A stretch of 64,000 nt of DNA from Candidatus Pacearchaeota archaeon (GCA_038894195.1 JAWAPZ010000002.1:20401-84400); one strand, 5' to 3'. Positions 16,301-24,015 are shown, counted from the first letter of the stretch. Notes: generated from the letters alone by a model not told the origin. Translations and numbers: made by a program.

Positions 16301-17171
16301 GATAGTTACTTATTTTCAGCAAGAAACTGTAACAACTGAAGGAACACTAAGAAGAAAGATTTTAGAAGAAGCTCGATCTCTAGAAGGAAAAAAATATGAT
16401 AATTGCTGGGAAGCTATGAAAGCAATTTATGAGAAGGCTGGCGCAAATTGGAGGTGTGTTTATTCTGATCCAAGCATTAATCCAGCTACTTCAAAGCCAG
16501 ATTGTGGAAAACAAATTGACCCGATAAATGGCCTAGAACCAGGAGATTTATTACAGATTTATAATGAAAATGCTTACACAGGAGAGCATAATTTAATATT
16601 TGTTGGATGGGAAAAAAGAGAAGAACAAAAAGCCATTGTCTGGCACCAACCAACACCAAGTAGGGGAATTACAAGAGAAACTACAAACCTAAAAGAAAGC
16701 ACAATAACAATAATCTGGAAACCTGCTACTGCTAAAGTTACAAGTACTTCGGGTGTCGCAACACTAGAAAGCCGTACATTACCAGCACAAAATGTTTATT
16801 TAACAACATTTAGTGTTGGTTACGGAGGGGGTGCCTTTAGTGCTTATGGTGGCAGAAAAACAGAGTATTATGTTGCAATGCGTTGGCCTTATAAAAACGA
16901 AGATGAAAAAAGGTGGTGGTATCAGAAAAAAATATTAATTCAAGCAAACGGAAAAAAATGTATAGGAGTTGTTGAAGATTTTGGGCCAGACGAGAGTATA
17001 ATAAACAATGCAAAAACAGGTTGCTGGCAAGGAGCGGAATCAGTAATAGACGTTTCACCCAAAATTGCAGCATATCTCTTTAACACAGAAAAGGTTGGCT
17101 GGAGCGATTGTAAAAAAGTCTATGTTTCTTTTGCTGTTGATCAAAGAACTGAGTCGGGCTGTTTTACTTAA
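10374..17171 (+). CDS. giant (2265 aa) secreted Cys-rich protein with a coiled coil and a C-terminal LytM-like + papain-like (NlpC/P60-type) + RlpA/3D-like DPBB module array
   Basis: Sec-type signal MRDKKSLIMVFVFLIVLSAGVLA|QE. A coiled coil lies near nt 15330-15600. C-terminal motifs are listed in the findings. It starts 4 nt after the 616-aa gene. Confidence 0.8.
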   Translation: MRDKKSLIMVFVFLIVLSAGVLAQETSQTQTTETQQTKLPSYFLASYGEDPTTVNPWMQEYCNKSGMDFIVMTMPDACEPALVRSDILEDENVPVFCRLTAVKINPLIQVPYIKRIDVITENKSPEILDVAFFPARAALSYYDYRAGLQTEELKGFPSMNNLGYLMIRLKKQPVEGKMPESVAVNLTTKITYDVSKTFGINEHQFVLKKMTDAEWQENYKKYSFWNGKGYLRLIELEGPNKAKIALYTSATGRPFWQGTLSVGEKSQPIKLPYFYCEVGPQIQLDKISKPETRARLLVNGNELLLSEDSKILDSGCSLEKIDPSNYSYAGRVTIRCMGQPQVLTVDEVQAELSVKDQIQKYSIGSEILLDGKYWYIGFIDRKYDESETETAKVTNFVVMYGGKDQQVPRQTKEKISGIIQDIEMKKREEGYSIATMSGSSLKNEIISKNKKVENSIGDVEIIKGDTKPIPGITLVRVLGLIDAKYHQEVETAYKEAIKEYKNVAYAYGLYEHPEGSYYGIVSYKKAAELASFFDKKEEERKLLLQLIDKYGDSDNEKITREIEAIRSQLARLSAGGGKSSTVLVTQQGNYLVQLISVERPGYETLVAHLEVNGTPEDVVLDDTLDSWYVNSIDETSVKFRHMATGAERTISSGSMEYLNETKVKVLRTEVNFEATATILPFESNRETEANFSVSIGIEKRAIQLSPSKIKSLIESLNKTIETMNKIKDALGKTTSTWKKACYIGGTALWLRNFVIGLGGKTYARRKVMEKWKLFCGSESYRKTLGTEISVARCYQMKEQEINKDIEIYNDALTKTNTYINAIKKREGVTSKGLFGLTQYIDEDEFMKAVNIPQDLRGMIVSDLKGEKNISVDEIFSKINILYEDGKIYRGQLNSIVLDFYVLKKCESETEEIFLKSALCNETKIKTFVNLEPLYEAARGPTRQELSKSPLLQGIQGFDSPYASKTLGTISQESMPVYGPHEIKKADGTPCDRGYYTIAKTSKGTTLLMLEDTGNQYYKIVRAYTFEKNGNWSVNCVDVLADLNLSNYFIVPVDPRSCGNNNIKDPEIKFWESGQYQGMPALMPVIPQSGWYFATESYTGFENELVAYRGTGDPNSFWICNVGPDGKVDFNFLEGPQGDDAGCCRKFSATGALESLPSMDAKGTKDMIERTKECLRKAKTEYDQGKKKINTGKCGTYRLGKSPAAVPTLECEDFMSPSECKILYNLCDPVICPASRCNFGGRYNTENVIREGIIGSIFLCLPNYKEGILVPVCISGLYQGVDDFTKFILENYRNCLQEQLATGKTIGICDEAHSIYVCDFLWGHLAPLLKYGIPQITSPLRGGGEYASFSESWKNMIESLDYFTQVYAPKTIQAFKERATNQAGKEVCKKFISVVYPSPGKFLDELSKPNLFANAWATKQEVRIQGPTPESHYKVHYTIKAGDQPLIYSVFLRNPPTGGFYEVPQQYFIPNATGFLQAGQVVDATPDFFASSGYQELCIRLNAEEKCDFSTVSWNFALEELENLYLKNQLKQEVTTAKECEQGTPSIVPVASLNLQNVLEEGISPTLYKHGVSRICQSTNPGEAIGEKERFQRIGYCGNPEIGCWLDLNSLNRTISDLKIRQDIIDYSKEKDMTYAINKLGLDTLEITKEKIRPIEEEIIKLREKVTEFDGRLNALESRQEKEQESEIEKIENEIEPYVEKISQLQINTTSIINKAYDSNMKARAEYRLAELTDLKARLIGLIPVWEWRQTKEKTTCENQGGEWFDNNCPEGKVAVEGYDTFSDFKQGKICCKDKSAEEKQFSQWFTDSYKIASYYENTKEVFVDGTKAYALGNGQVVEIKTSTLPSTITYITQYSDNIFVEYKMSGLSSSGRIKKIGRVNTGDVMAEIHIYYPESLLVSIYISDDANLEARERRNPLCFFTSDIIKKVEEANSDLIEQGELRIPSEEECSEILSGVSELYEGNPVLFLEWPLDDGKIVTYFQQETVTTEGTLRRKILEEARSLEGKKYDNCWEAMKAIYEKAGANWRCVYSDPSINPATSKPDCGKQIDPINGLEPGDLLQIYNENAYTGEHNLIFVGWEKREEQKAIVWHQPTPSRGITRETTNLKESTITIIWKPATAKVTSTSGVATLESRTLPAQNVYLTTFSVGYGGGAFSAYGGRKTEYYVAMRWPYKNEDEKRWWYQKKILIQANGKKCIGVVEDFGPDESIINNAKTGCWQGAESVIDVSPKIAAYLFNTEKVGWSDCKKVYVSFAVDQRTESGCFT

Positions 17172-17224
17172 TTATTTTAGGATGCTAAACACTATTTCAA
17201 CAAATCGGTACTTGATTCGAGGAT

Positions 17225-17791
17225 TTATTTTATCTCAACAAAATTGCCTTTACTGAATATATAAGCCTCTTTGCTACCATTATTAAAAACAAAAGTTTTT
17301 GAAATAGGATCAAAAATGGCTTTACACGGACCTGTTGGAGGCAAAAGGGTATACCCCCTCCATTCACCTTGATCTTTAGAAATTACACAAAAATAATTCC
17401 ATTGTCCGCCAAAAAAAGTTACAATTATTTCAGAAGAACCACCATCTAAATCTTGAGAATTGATAGTATAATCAAACCCACTTTGATCAGTATAACCTTG
17501 AAATTTATAGTAAACCCCCCTTTCTTTTATAATCAAATAAGGCGTGGCCCCATGCGCACCAACACCCTTACCTTCAAAAGAGATAAAAAAGATTTCTTCT
17601 AACTCTGGATCTGAATCTAAGTTTATTTTTTTCTTAAACTTAATATCAACAGTATGAAATTTGGTAGCCCCCATTTCCTTTCTAAGTGCTTTTAGTATTT
17701 GTTTATCAGGATTTTGAAATAAAAACCAGAGGAAGGTTCCAAGGGTTATAGCACCAAATCCGCTAACCAAATACTTAAAAATATTTTTCAT
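17225..17791 (-). CDS. N-terminally membrane-anchored hypothetical protein (188 aa)
   Basis: I prefer the internal ATG at 17791 (MKNIFKYLVSGFGAITLGTFLWFLF). The 57-codon track extension would run across the divergent promoter and the start of the 17874 gene. Confidence 0.55.
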   Translation of the reverse strand: MKNIFKYLVSGFGAITLGTFLWFLFQNPDKQILKALRKEMGATKFHTVDIKFKKKINLDSDPELEEIFFISFEGKGVGAHGATPYLIIKERGVYYKFQGYTDQSGFDYTINSQDLDGGSSEIIVTFFGGQWNYFCVISKDQGEWRGYTLLPPTGPCKAIFDPISKTFVFNNGSKEAYIFSKGNFVEIK

Positions 17792-17873
17792 TTGTCTGTA
17801 ACATAAAAATGGTTTATAAATTTTGCTGATAAAAAAATTTAAAAGTCTGACGCACGTTATCTTAAAGAAAAAA

Positions 17874-19802
17874 ATGAGGTGCAAAACTTTATTATTTATT
17901 TTATCTATCTCAATTCTATTTCTAGCAATATTTGCTGTAGCAGAGGAAACCCAGAACGGCATAGAAATTGAAGTTCAAAAAGATAGTATAGTACATGCAG
18001 TACAAGAAGGAAAAATCTATAAGATACGAAATAATAAAACATACCCTCTAGGAAAATCAGTAACGTTGGAACATAAAATAGGCGATACAACTTTTTATAC
18101 TTTCTATGGAAATCTTGATGAAATTGATTCAGGTATTATAAACAATGAGGGTAAAACTGTAGAATCAGGAAAAAAACTAGGAAAAACACAAAAATTGTTC
18201 CTTGCAATAGGAACTTCTGTTGATAGTGTAGGTAGAATTCGAAAATCAGAAAGTTATGATCCTTTATGCTTCTTTCCAGAAAGTGAACTTAAAAGAAAAG
18301 GTGTTCAGTATGACCGTTCAAAATTAAATTATGAAAGTAGTTCTTGTATTGAAGCAGAAAAAGTTTTTAAGATAAAGTTAACAAAAGAGACAAAATGCTC
18401 AGATTTCCCACAAAAAACTCTCTGCTCAAAAACACCAAACTGTTTCTGGGATTCTAAAAACAATAAATGTAAAGAGTGCCCTGACAAATGTGAAGGAGAA
18501 AGAACAAATTTGTTAGACTGGGGAACACCAGATTTATCATTCCAAACAAAAGATGATTGTCAAGAGAATACTTGCAACTTGAAATGTTTCTGGCTCGAAT
18601 CAGATAGAAAATGCATAGGTTATAGTTCTCTTGATAAAGAGAAAATTTTACAAGCAATTTTCAATATAATTTGGTATGGTTCACTATCACCAAATGAATT
18701 AAACTACTTATTAAAAGTGTTACAAGAATACAAAGAAAAAACAAGTAAAGATGATTTGATTTATTATGAACAAAAAATAAAGCAAAAATTAGCAACATAT
18801 CAGGAAGTAAACCAAGTGTTTATTGTTTCTTCTGTTAACAATGGTCTTTTTAACGATACTAACAAATTGGTTGGTTATAGTGACAATGTTAAAATTTGCG
18901 CTGTTTTACAAACCAGAGAAGCAAAATTCTCAACAAGAGAGGTCGCAACAAACAATAACCTTGACATAAGAGAGTGGAAAGGCGAACAACCAGAATTCAG
19001 ATGGTATGAGATTGTTCCAGAATCTAAAGCTTATGATGGTGGGAAAATAGAAAGAGAACAAGAAATAATAACCTATATATACAGGCCGGTTGGAAACGAA
19101 TGGTGTATCACAGCAAATTCAAAGATGGGAACTTATTTTTATTCCGTGAATGTAACATGGCAAGACAAAATATATTCTTCACCACAAACTTATTCTTATG
19201 GAATAGAAACTTTCAGAGTAAGTAGAAAATCTCCACATCCTAACAAATTTATAGCAACAATCGAATCTTTTAAAAATGTGCCTTTTGTCGGGGATGTGCT
19301 TTTTCTCTCAAAGGATAGCAAAACTTATTCCATGACTCAACTCTACAAAGGAATGGAATGTAATACCCTTGTAAGCTCGGCTGTTGAGCAAGTTCTTGGA
19401 ACAGAACTTTCATGGCAAATTCATGACAAAATAGAAAATTTCATAGAGAGATTTGGAATACGAGAGTATGATGGACAAAAAATAGAAAAAATCAGAATTA
19501 ACGATCTTCTTGGCATGGCAATTCCTGTACAAGTCGGTGACATTTTTTTCTTGTACAATGAAAATCTTCAGCCACCAGCATATGATCACACAATAGTCAT
19601 TTATGAGAATAAAAACACACTGTATCTAGAACAAGATGATGTTATAGTTTATACTTCTTCTGGTTGTATCGAAGGGGGAGATGAAAGACAAAGAGATGGT
19701 GTAATCAAAACAGAAGGAAATTTATGTTATGCCACAATGCGTAGATTCCTGGCAAGAAACTCACCTGCAACTTTTGTTAGAATATCACAACTAACATCAT
19801 GA
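17874..19802 (+). CDS. secreted protein with a degenerate LytM-like domain, Cys-rich repeats and a C-terminal papain-like (NlpC/P60-type) domain
   Basis: The ATG at 17874 gives the signal MRCKTLLFILSISILFLAIFAVA (the track start is a TTG). It shares the ..[DN]PLCFF and ..GD[IL]..[IL]YNEN...H.. motifs with the giant protein. Confidence 0.7.
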   Translation: MRCKTLLFILSISILFLAIFAVAEETQNGIEIEVQKDSIVHAVQEGKIYKIRNNKTYPLGKSVTLEHKIGDTTFYTFYGNLDEIDSGIINNEGKTVESGKKLGKTQKLFLAIGTSVDSVGRIRKSESYDPLCFFPESELKRKGVQYDRSKLNYESSSCIEAEKVFKIKLTKETKCSDFPQKTLCSKTPNCFWDSKNNKCKECPDKCEGERTNLLDWGTPDLSFQTKDDCQENTCNLKCFWLESDRKCIGYSSLDKEKILQAIFNIIWYGSLSPNELNYLLKVLQEYKEKTSKDDLIYYEQKIKQKLATYQEVNQVFIVSSVNNGLFNDTNKLVGYSDNVKICAVLQTREAKFSTREVATNNNLDIREWKGEQPEFRWYEIVPESKAYDGGKIEREQEIITYIYRPVGNEWCITANSKMGTYFYSVNVTWQDKIYSSPQTYSYGIETFRVSRKSPHPNKFIATIESFKNVPFVGDVLFLSKDSKTYSMTQLYKGMECNTLVSSAVEQVLGTELSWQIHDKIENFIERFGIREYDGQKIEKIRINDLLGMAIPVQVGDIFFLYNENLQPPAYDHTIVIYENKNTLYLEQDDVIVYTSSGCIEGGDERQRDGVIKTEGNLCYATMRRFLARNSPATFVRISQLTS

Positions 19803-19886
19803 TTTAAAAAAATTAAAAACAAAAAAACTTAAAAGTAGATTCACATAGCTCTTCATCACCCCTGTGTTGCTCGCTGTTTTTATCGT

Positions 19887-20492
19887 TTAATGACCCCAAG
19901 CATCGCCTCTTACTCTGCACCTGTCTTCTGCACCTCTAGGAATATGAACTTCATACTCCTTGCCGTCTGAGCCTACAAACCTTCCAAGTATAACGGTCTG
20001 TTCTATGTTTTGATTTATCCCATATTGTCCTGTGCTACCACCATCACCGCGTCCGTCTGCTCTTCCTCCACCACTTTTCCCACAACCATCGCCATCACCA
20101 CCACTTTTGTAATGCTCGTTTAAAAGCTTTTCAAGTTCTGTATTGCTTCTGTAGGCATTATCAATTATTTCTCTCTCACGTGCTCTTGCTTCTTGAAAAT
20201 AAACAGTTGCATTGTCCATAATTTTAAGTGCTCTCTTAACTTCTGGAGTAAGTGTTACAACTCTTCCTGGTCCAACAATGTAGGTTTCTTCGCCGTTCCT
20301 TTTCCCACAACCTCTTGTACCAAGTGCCAGAGCTAAAACTAAAGCAGCTAAACCAGCTCCACCAATAGCCCAATTTCTAGGATTCTGATACCATCCTCTT
20401 TGCTCTTGTCTAGGTGTTTCCGGCCATGCTTCTCTTACTTCCTCTCTTCTTTCCTCTCTTTCTTGATCAGGATGTTGATCTTCAACTGCCAT
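19887..20492 (-). CDS. compositionally atypical (GC-rich) single-pass membrane protein, orphan
   Basis: 201 aa. The E/R/Q-rich N-terminus is followed by the TM segment WAIGGAGLAALVLALALGT and a Gly/Asp-rich tract GGDGDGCGKSGGGRADGRGDGGSTG. An upstream native-type TATA (aaaggtttataaagg) and GGAGGT are present. Confidence 0.55.
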   Translation of the reverse strand: MAVEDQHPDQEREERREEVREAWPETPRQEQRGWYQNPRNWAIGGAGLAALVLALALGTRGCGKRNGEETYIVGPGRVVTLTPEVKRALKIMDNATVYFQEARAREREIIDNAYRSNTELEKLLNEHYKSGGDGDGCGKSGGGRADGRGDGGSTGQYGINQNIEQTVILGRFVGSDGKEYEVHIPRGAEDRCRVRGDAWGH

Positions 20493-20593
20493 TTTATTTA
20501 TTTTGTTTTACCTCCAGAATAGTAAAGAAAACCCCCCTTTATAAACCTTTCGGTTGTTGCAACTTTTAAGAGATAACAAATAATGAATAAACA

Positions 20594-21085
20594 CTATGGA
20601 GAATAATTTGGCCTAAATCTAACCAAATCGCCAGAATTAATTTGGTTTATACAAGTAAAGTTTAGAAGTTCAACAAGTTCTCGTAGCGCTAGCTCTCTTA
20701 AAAGATCTTGAGTAAATTGATTGGGGTTATACTTGCTAAAACCTTTGCGGAACATGTGCTCAAAAGATTTTAAATAAGTTGTTGCAATATAACTACATAA
20801 AAGTTCACGTTTTTGTTGTTCACACTTACATTTACTAAATTCTTCTGGTACTCGAAATCCCATTTTTTTAATCCGGCCGTAATCGTTGTAAAGAAACCAG
20901 ACATCTACATCTATGTATGAATATTTTGTTGCCTCTTGCTTCGTTGGCATAACAACCTTCTCCTGAACTATTGGCTTTGCTTGTGACTTTGGTTGCTGCG
21001 GAAAAATATAATAATAGGTACAATTAAGCAAAAATAAACTTAAAGCACCTAATTTTCTTAAGTTATTTCTTAAAGCCATGATCAC
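20594..21085 (-). CDS. hypothetical protein with an N-terminal hydrophobic segment
   Basis: 163-aa ORF with no recognisable motif. Confidence 0.45.
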   Translation of the reverse strand: MIMALRNNLRKLGALSLFLLNCTYYYIFPQQPKSQAKPIVQEKVVMPTKQEATKYSYIDVDVWFLYNDYGRIKKMGFRVPEEFSKCKCEQQKRELLCSYIATTYLKSFEHMFRKGFSKYNPNQFTQDLLRELALRELVELLNFTCINQINSGDLVRFRPNYSP

Positions 21086-21133
21086 TTTACAATATTGAAG
21101 TTTAAATTTTTTATTGTGAAAAAGAAGAGATTA

Positions 21134-21217
21134 TGCGGGAGAAAGGATTCGAACCTTTGTAGGCACTAAGCCACACGGGCCTAAACCGTGTCCGTTTGAC
21201 CACTCCGGCACTCCCGC
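21134..21217 (-). tRNA. tRNA-Leu(UAG), class II
   Basis: Acceptor GCGGGAG/CTCCCGC plus A73, anticodon stem CACGG/CCGTG, loop TTTAGGC, long variable arm TGGCTTAGTGCCTAC, T arm AAAGG TTCGAAT CCTTT. Confidence 0.9.
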
Positions 21218-21269
21218 ATAAAGTGTTAAGAAAATGGTAAGTTATAAAATTTTCTAAAAAATTCTTATT

Positions 21270-21509
21270 TCAACTTGCTTGACTTGGAGATATGTATATT
21301 ATAGTATCCCCACGAATAAAAGAAACCCCGATATTTCTTTTTGTCTCTCCATTTTCAAGTTCACGGGTGTTTGAAAGAACAATATTAATATGAATGTCAA
21401 AAGCAAGCAAAGTGCCAACTAGCTGTTTATCATTCTTTAATTGAACTAAAATTTCCTTGCCTTTTGACTGATTTAACAGATCTAAAGGCCTCTCAACGCC
21501 ATTAACCAT
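21270..21509 (-). CDS. Sm-like protein (LSm/SmAP)
   Basis: PLDLLNQSKGKEILVQLKNDKQLVGTLLAFDIHINIVLSNT...IRGDTIIYISP carries the Sm1/Sm2 motifs. Confidence 0.85.
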   Translation of the reverse strand: MVNGVERPLDLLNQSKGKEILVQLKNDKQLVGTLLAFDIHINIVLSNTRELENGETKRNIGVSFIRGDTIIYISPSQAS

Positions 21510-21584
21510 GTTTATTTCTTGCTTGAAGAGTTTTTAAATCTTTCCTCTAGAAAGATTTAAAACTCTTGTTTTCATAAAACATTC

Positions 21585-21947
21585 ATGCTTGGAAAAAAAA
21601 TTAGTGGCGGAAGATATAGAAAAGCAAGAAAAAGGAAACTTTACGAGAGGAAAGGACAAAAAAGAGAGGTAATTCTAGGAAAAGAAAAGAAAAAAGAAAT
21701 ACGTGTTAGAGGGGGTAAGTTCAAAAAAGTTCTTCTCAAAGCTGATAAAGTAAATGTCTTTGATCCAAAAACAAAAAAAAGTAAAGTGGTTGCTATAAAA
21801 AATGTTCTTGAAGTTCCAAGTAATAAATTTCTTGTCAGAAAAAAAGTTCTTGTTAAAGGGGCTGTCATTGAAACCGAACTTGGAAAAGCAAGGATAACTA
21901 ACAGGCCGTCGCAAGAAGCTTCGGTACAGGCTGTTTTGATAGATTAA
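21585..21947 (+). CDS. rps8e: ribosomal protein S8e (eS8)
   Basis: ISGGRYRKARKRKLYE...RVRGGKFKKVLLKADKVNV...KGAVIETELGKARITNRPSQ. Confidence 0.9.
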   Translation: MLGKKISGGRYRKARKRKLYERKGQKREVILGKEKKKEIRVRGGKFKKVLLKADKVNVFDPKTKKSKVVAIKNVLEVPSNKFLVRKKVLVKGAVIETELGKARITNRPSQEASVQAVLID

Positions 21948-22038
21948 TCGTATAGAAAGTTTTTTAAATCTTTCTCCCTTTTTCATAGATACATTTAAAA
22001 AGCTTGCGTTGCTTTTTAAAGTAGAATAAACACACAAA

Positions 22039-22998
22039 ATGTCGTCCTTTTTAAAAAAGTGCCCAGAATGTGGCTCAACAAATTTGATTTATGATGAACA
22101 AAAAGGTGAAATAATTTGCAGTAAATGTGGGTTGGTCATTGAAGAAAAAATAATAGACGCCGGACAAGAATGGAGACAATTCGAAGAAGGCGAAAGAAAA
22201 GGAAGAGGCGGGGCACCACTAAGCTTACAAAAATTCGATCAAGGTCTAACCACCAACGTCGGCGAAGTCTCGGATATCTACCAACTGGGCTCAGAGAAAA
22301 AAATACGCAAGTTCTTTAGACTTAAAAAATGGCAGGAACGCGTATCCACAAGCATAGAAAGAAATCTAAGACTTGCTATGGCAGAGCTCCGAAGAGTTGC
22401 TTCATTTCTAAATTTGCCAAACTTCGTTAAAGAAGAAGCTTCACGAATTTATAATCTCGTGCTACAAAGAGGGCTTGTAAGAGGAAGAAGCATGGAAGCT
22501 GTAGTAGCTTCTTGCATATATGCTGCCTGCAGATCATATAACATTCCAAGGACCCTTGACGAAATCTCTGCAGCCTGTGACATTGAAAGAAAAGAGATTG
22601 GCAGAACTTACAGATTCATAACAAGAAAATTAACACTTAAGATAACACCATCAAGTCCAAAAGACTACATTTCTAGATTCGCTTCCATACTTCATTTATC
22701 ACCAAAAACGCAAAATGACGCCCACAGAATTCTAAAAAAAGCTGAAGTCTCTGAATTAACATCTGGCCGAGGCCCAGCGGGAATTGCTGCAGCAGCTTTA
22801 TACGTTGCAGCTTTGTTAAATGACGAACGCAAGACGCAACGTGAAGTTGCAGACGTTGCTGGAATAACAGAAGTTACAATAAGAAACCGTTATAAAGAAC
22901 TTCTTGAAGAATTGGGTATGGAAGAAAAAATAAAAATTAAGGAAGCTGAAGCCAAAGCTGAAAAAGCTCTAAAAAAGGAAAATATTAAGAAAAAATAA
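22039..22998 (+). CDS. tfb: transcription initiation factor TFB (TFIIB)
   Basis: N-terminal Zn ribbon CPECGS...CSKCG followed by two cyclin-fold repeats (NLRLAMAELRRVAS..., RGRSMEAVVASCIYAACR). Confidence 0.95.
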   Translation: MSSFLKKCPECGSTNLIYDEQKGEIICSKCGLVIEEKIIDAGQEWRQFEEGERKGRGGAPLSLQKFDQGLTTNVGEVSDIYQLGSEKKIRKFFRLKKWQERVSTSIERNLRLAMAELRRVASFLNLPNFVKEEASRIYNLVLQRGLVRGRSMEAVVASCIYAACRSYNIPRTLDEISAACDIERKEIGRTYRFITRKLTLKITPSSPKDYISRFASILHLSPKTQNDAHRILKKAEVSELTSGRGPAGIAAAALYVAALLNDERKTQREVADVAGITEVTIRNRYKELLEELGMEEKIKIKEAEAKAEKALKKENIKKK

Positions 22999-23051
22999 TA
23001 AACTGGAAATAAAAAGGTCCGAGAGTTTTAGAAAAATTATTAAGATTATAC

Positions 23052-23942
23052 CTACAGTTCAATTCTCATGAAATCGCGTGCCAACGCAGAATTCTTAAAA
23101 ATTTTCTTTGCTTCATCAACAACAACATTCTTGGAAGGGTATCTCTGAGAAACATGGGTAAGTATGAGTTTTTTCACATCAGCATTTTTTGCTATCATTG
23201 CAGCTTGTTCTGCAGTCAGATGGTCACGTTCAGAAGCAAGTCCTTCATGCTCTTTTAAAAAGCATGCTTCTGAAATTAGTAAATCAGCATTTTTCGCAAT
23301 CTTAACGCAATCCTGATTAAATTTTGTATCAAAAATAAACACAACCTTTTTGCCTTTTTTCAAAGTGGTGTACTTTGCAACAGAGATCCTCTTACCATGA
23401 CACAAAACATCCTGTCCTTCTTGCAACTTTTTGAGCCATGGTCCTTCTTTGAAACCCAGTTTTTTAAGTTCAGTTATTTTTATATTTCTTCTGTCCTTTT
23501 CAATGAAAGCATACGCTAAGCATCCACCAGGATGTTTCATTTTTGCAGCTTCAAGCTTGAAATCTTTATTTTCAAAAAATACTCCTTCTTGCACTTCAAC
23601 AATCTTGACCTTTAATTTCTCTCTGAAAACAAACATTGAAAGCAGTAAAGTCAAAAATTTTTCAGTTCCAACCGGACCATAAATCTCTAAAGTTCCTGGA
23701 TAATTATTCAAAGCAAGTGTCTGTAACAATCCCGGCAGTCCAAGAACATGATCACCATGCCAGTGTGTAATTAAAATTTTTGTTATTTTGCAAGGGTTTA
23801 GGCCAGCAATCTTAAATTGTCTCTGTGTGCCTTCACCACAATCAAGTAAAATATTTTCAGAATCATAACTAAGTAAAATTGCGTTCTGGTTTCTTTCCTT
23901 GTCTGGAACAGCCTGACTTGTTCCTAAAAAGATTATTCTCAT
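23052..23942 (-). CDS. rnz: ribonuclease Z (tRNA 3' endonuclease, metallo-beta-lactamase fold)
   Basis: MRIIFLGTSQAVP...LLDCGEGTQRQ...ITHWHGDHVLGLPGLLQTL. Confidence 0.85.
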   Translation of the reverse strand: MRIIFLGTSQAVPDKERNQNAILLSYDSENILLDCGEGTQRQFKIAGLNPCKITKILITHWHGDHVLGLPGLLQTLALNNYPGTLEIYGPVGTEKFLTLLLSMFVFREKLKVKIVEVQEGVFFENKDFKLEAAKMKHPGGCLAYAFIEKDRRNIKITELKKLGFKEGPWLKKLQEGQDVLCHGKRISVAKYTTLKKGKKVVFIFDTKFNQDCVKIAKNADLLISEACFLKEHEGLASERDHLTAEQAAMIAKNADVKKLILTHVSQRYPSKNVVVDEAKKIFKNSALARDFMRIEL

Positions 23943-24015
23943 AATAAAAAAAGGTAAAAAAGCTTTTTATACTTAACTAAGATAAATTTAAAAAAACGTA
24001 TAGCTTGTTAGAATA

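Noticed and set aside
19803-21133. An integrated mobile element at the tRNA-Leu 3' end, comprising the GC-rich orphan and the 163-aa orphan.
   Set aside because: There is no integrase. By eye I find no direct repeat of the tRNA-Leu 3' segment (tgcgggagaaaggattcgaacc) near 19803-19886. I kept it only as a compositional observation.
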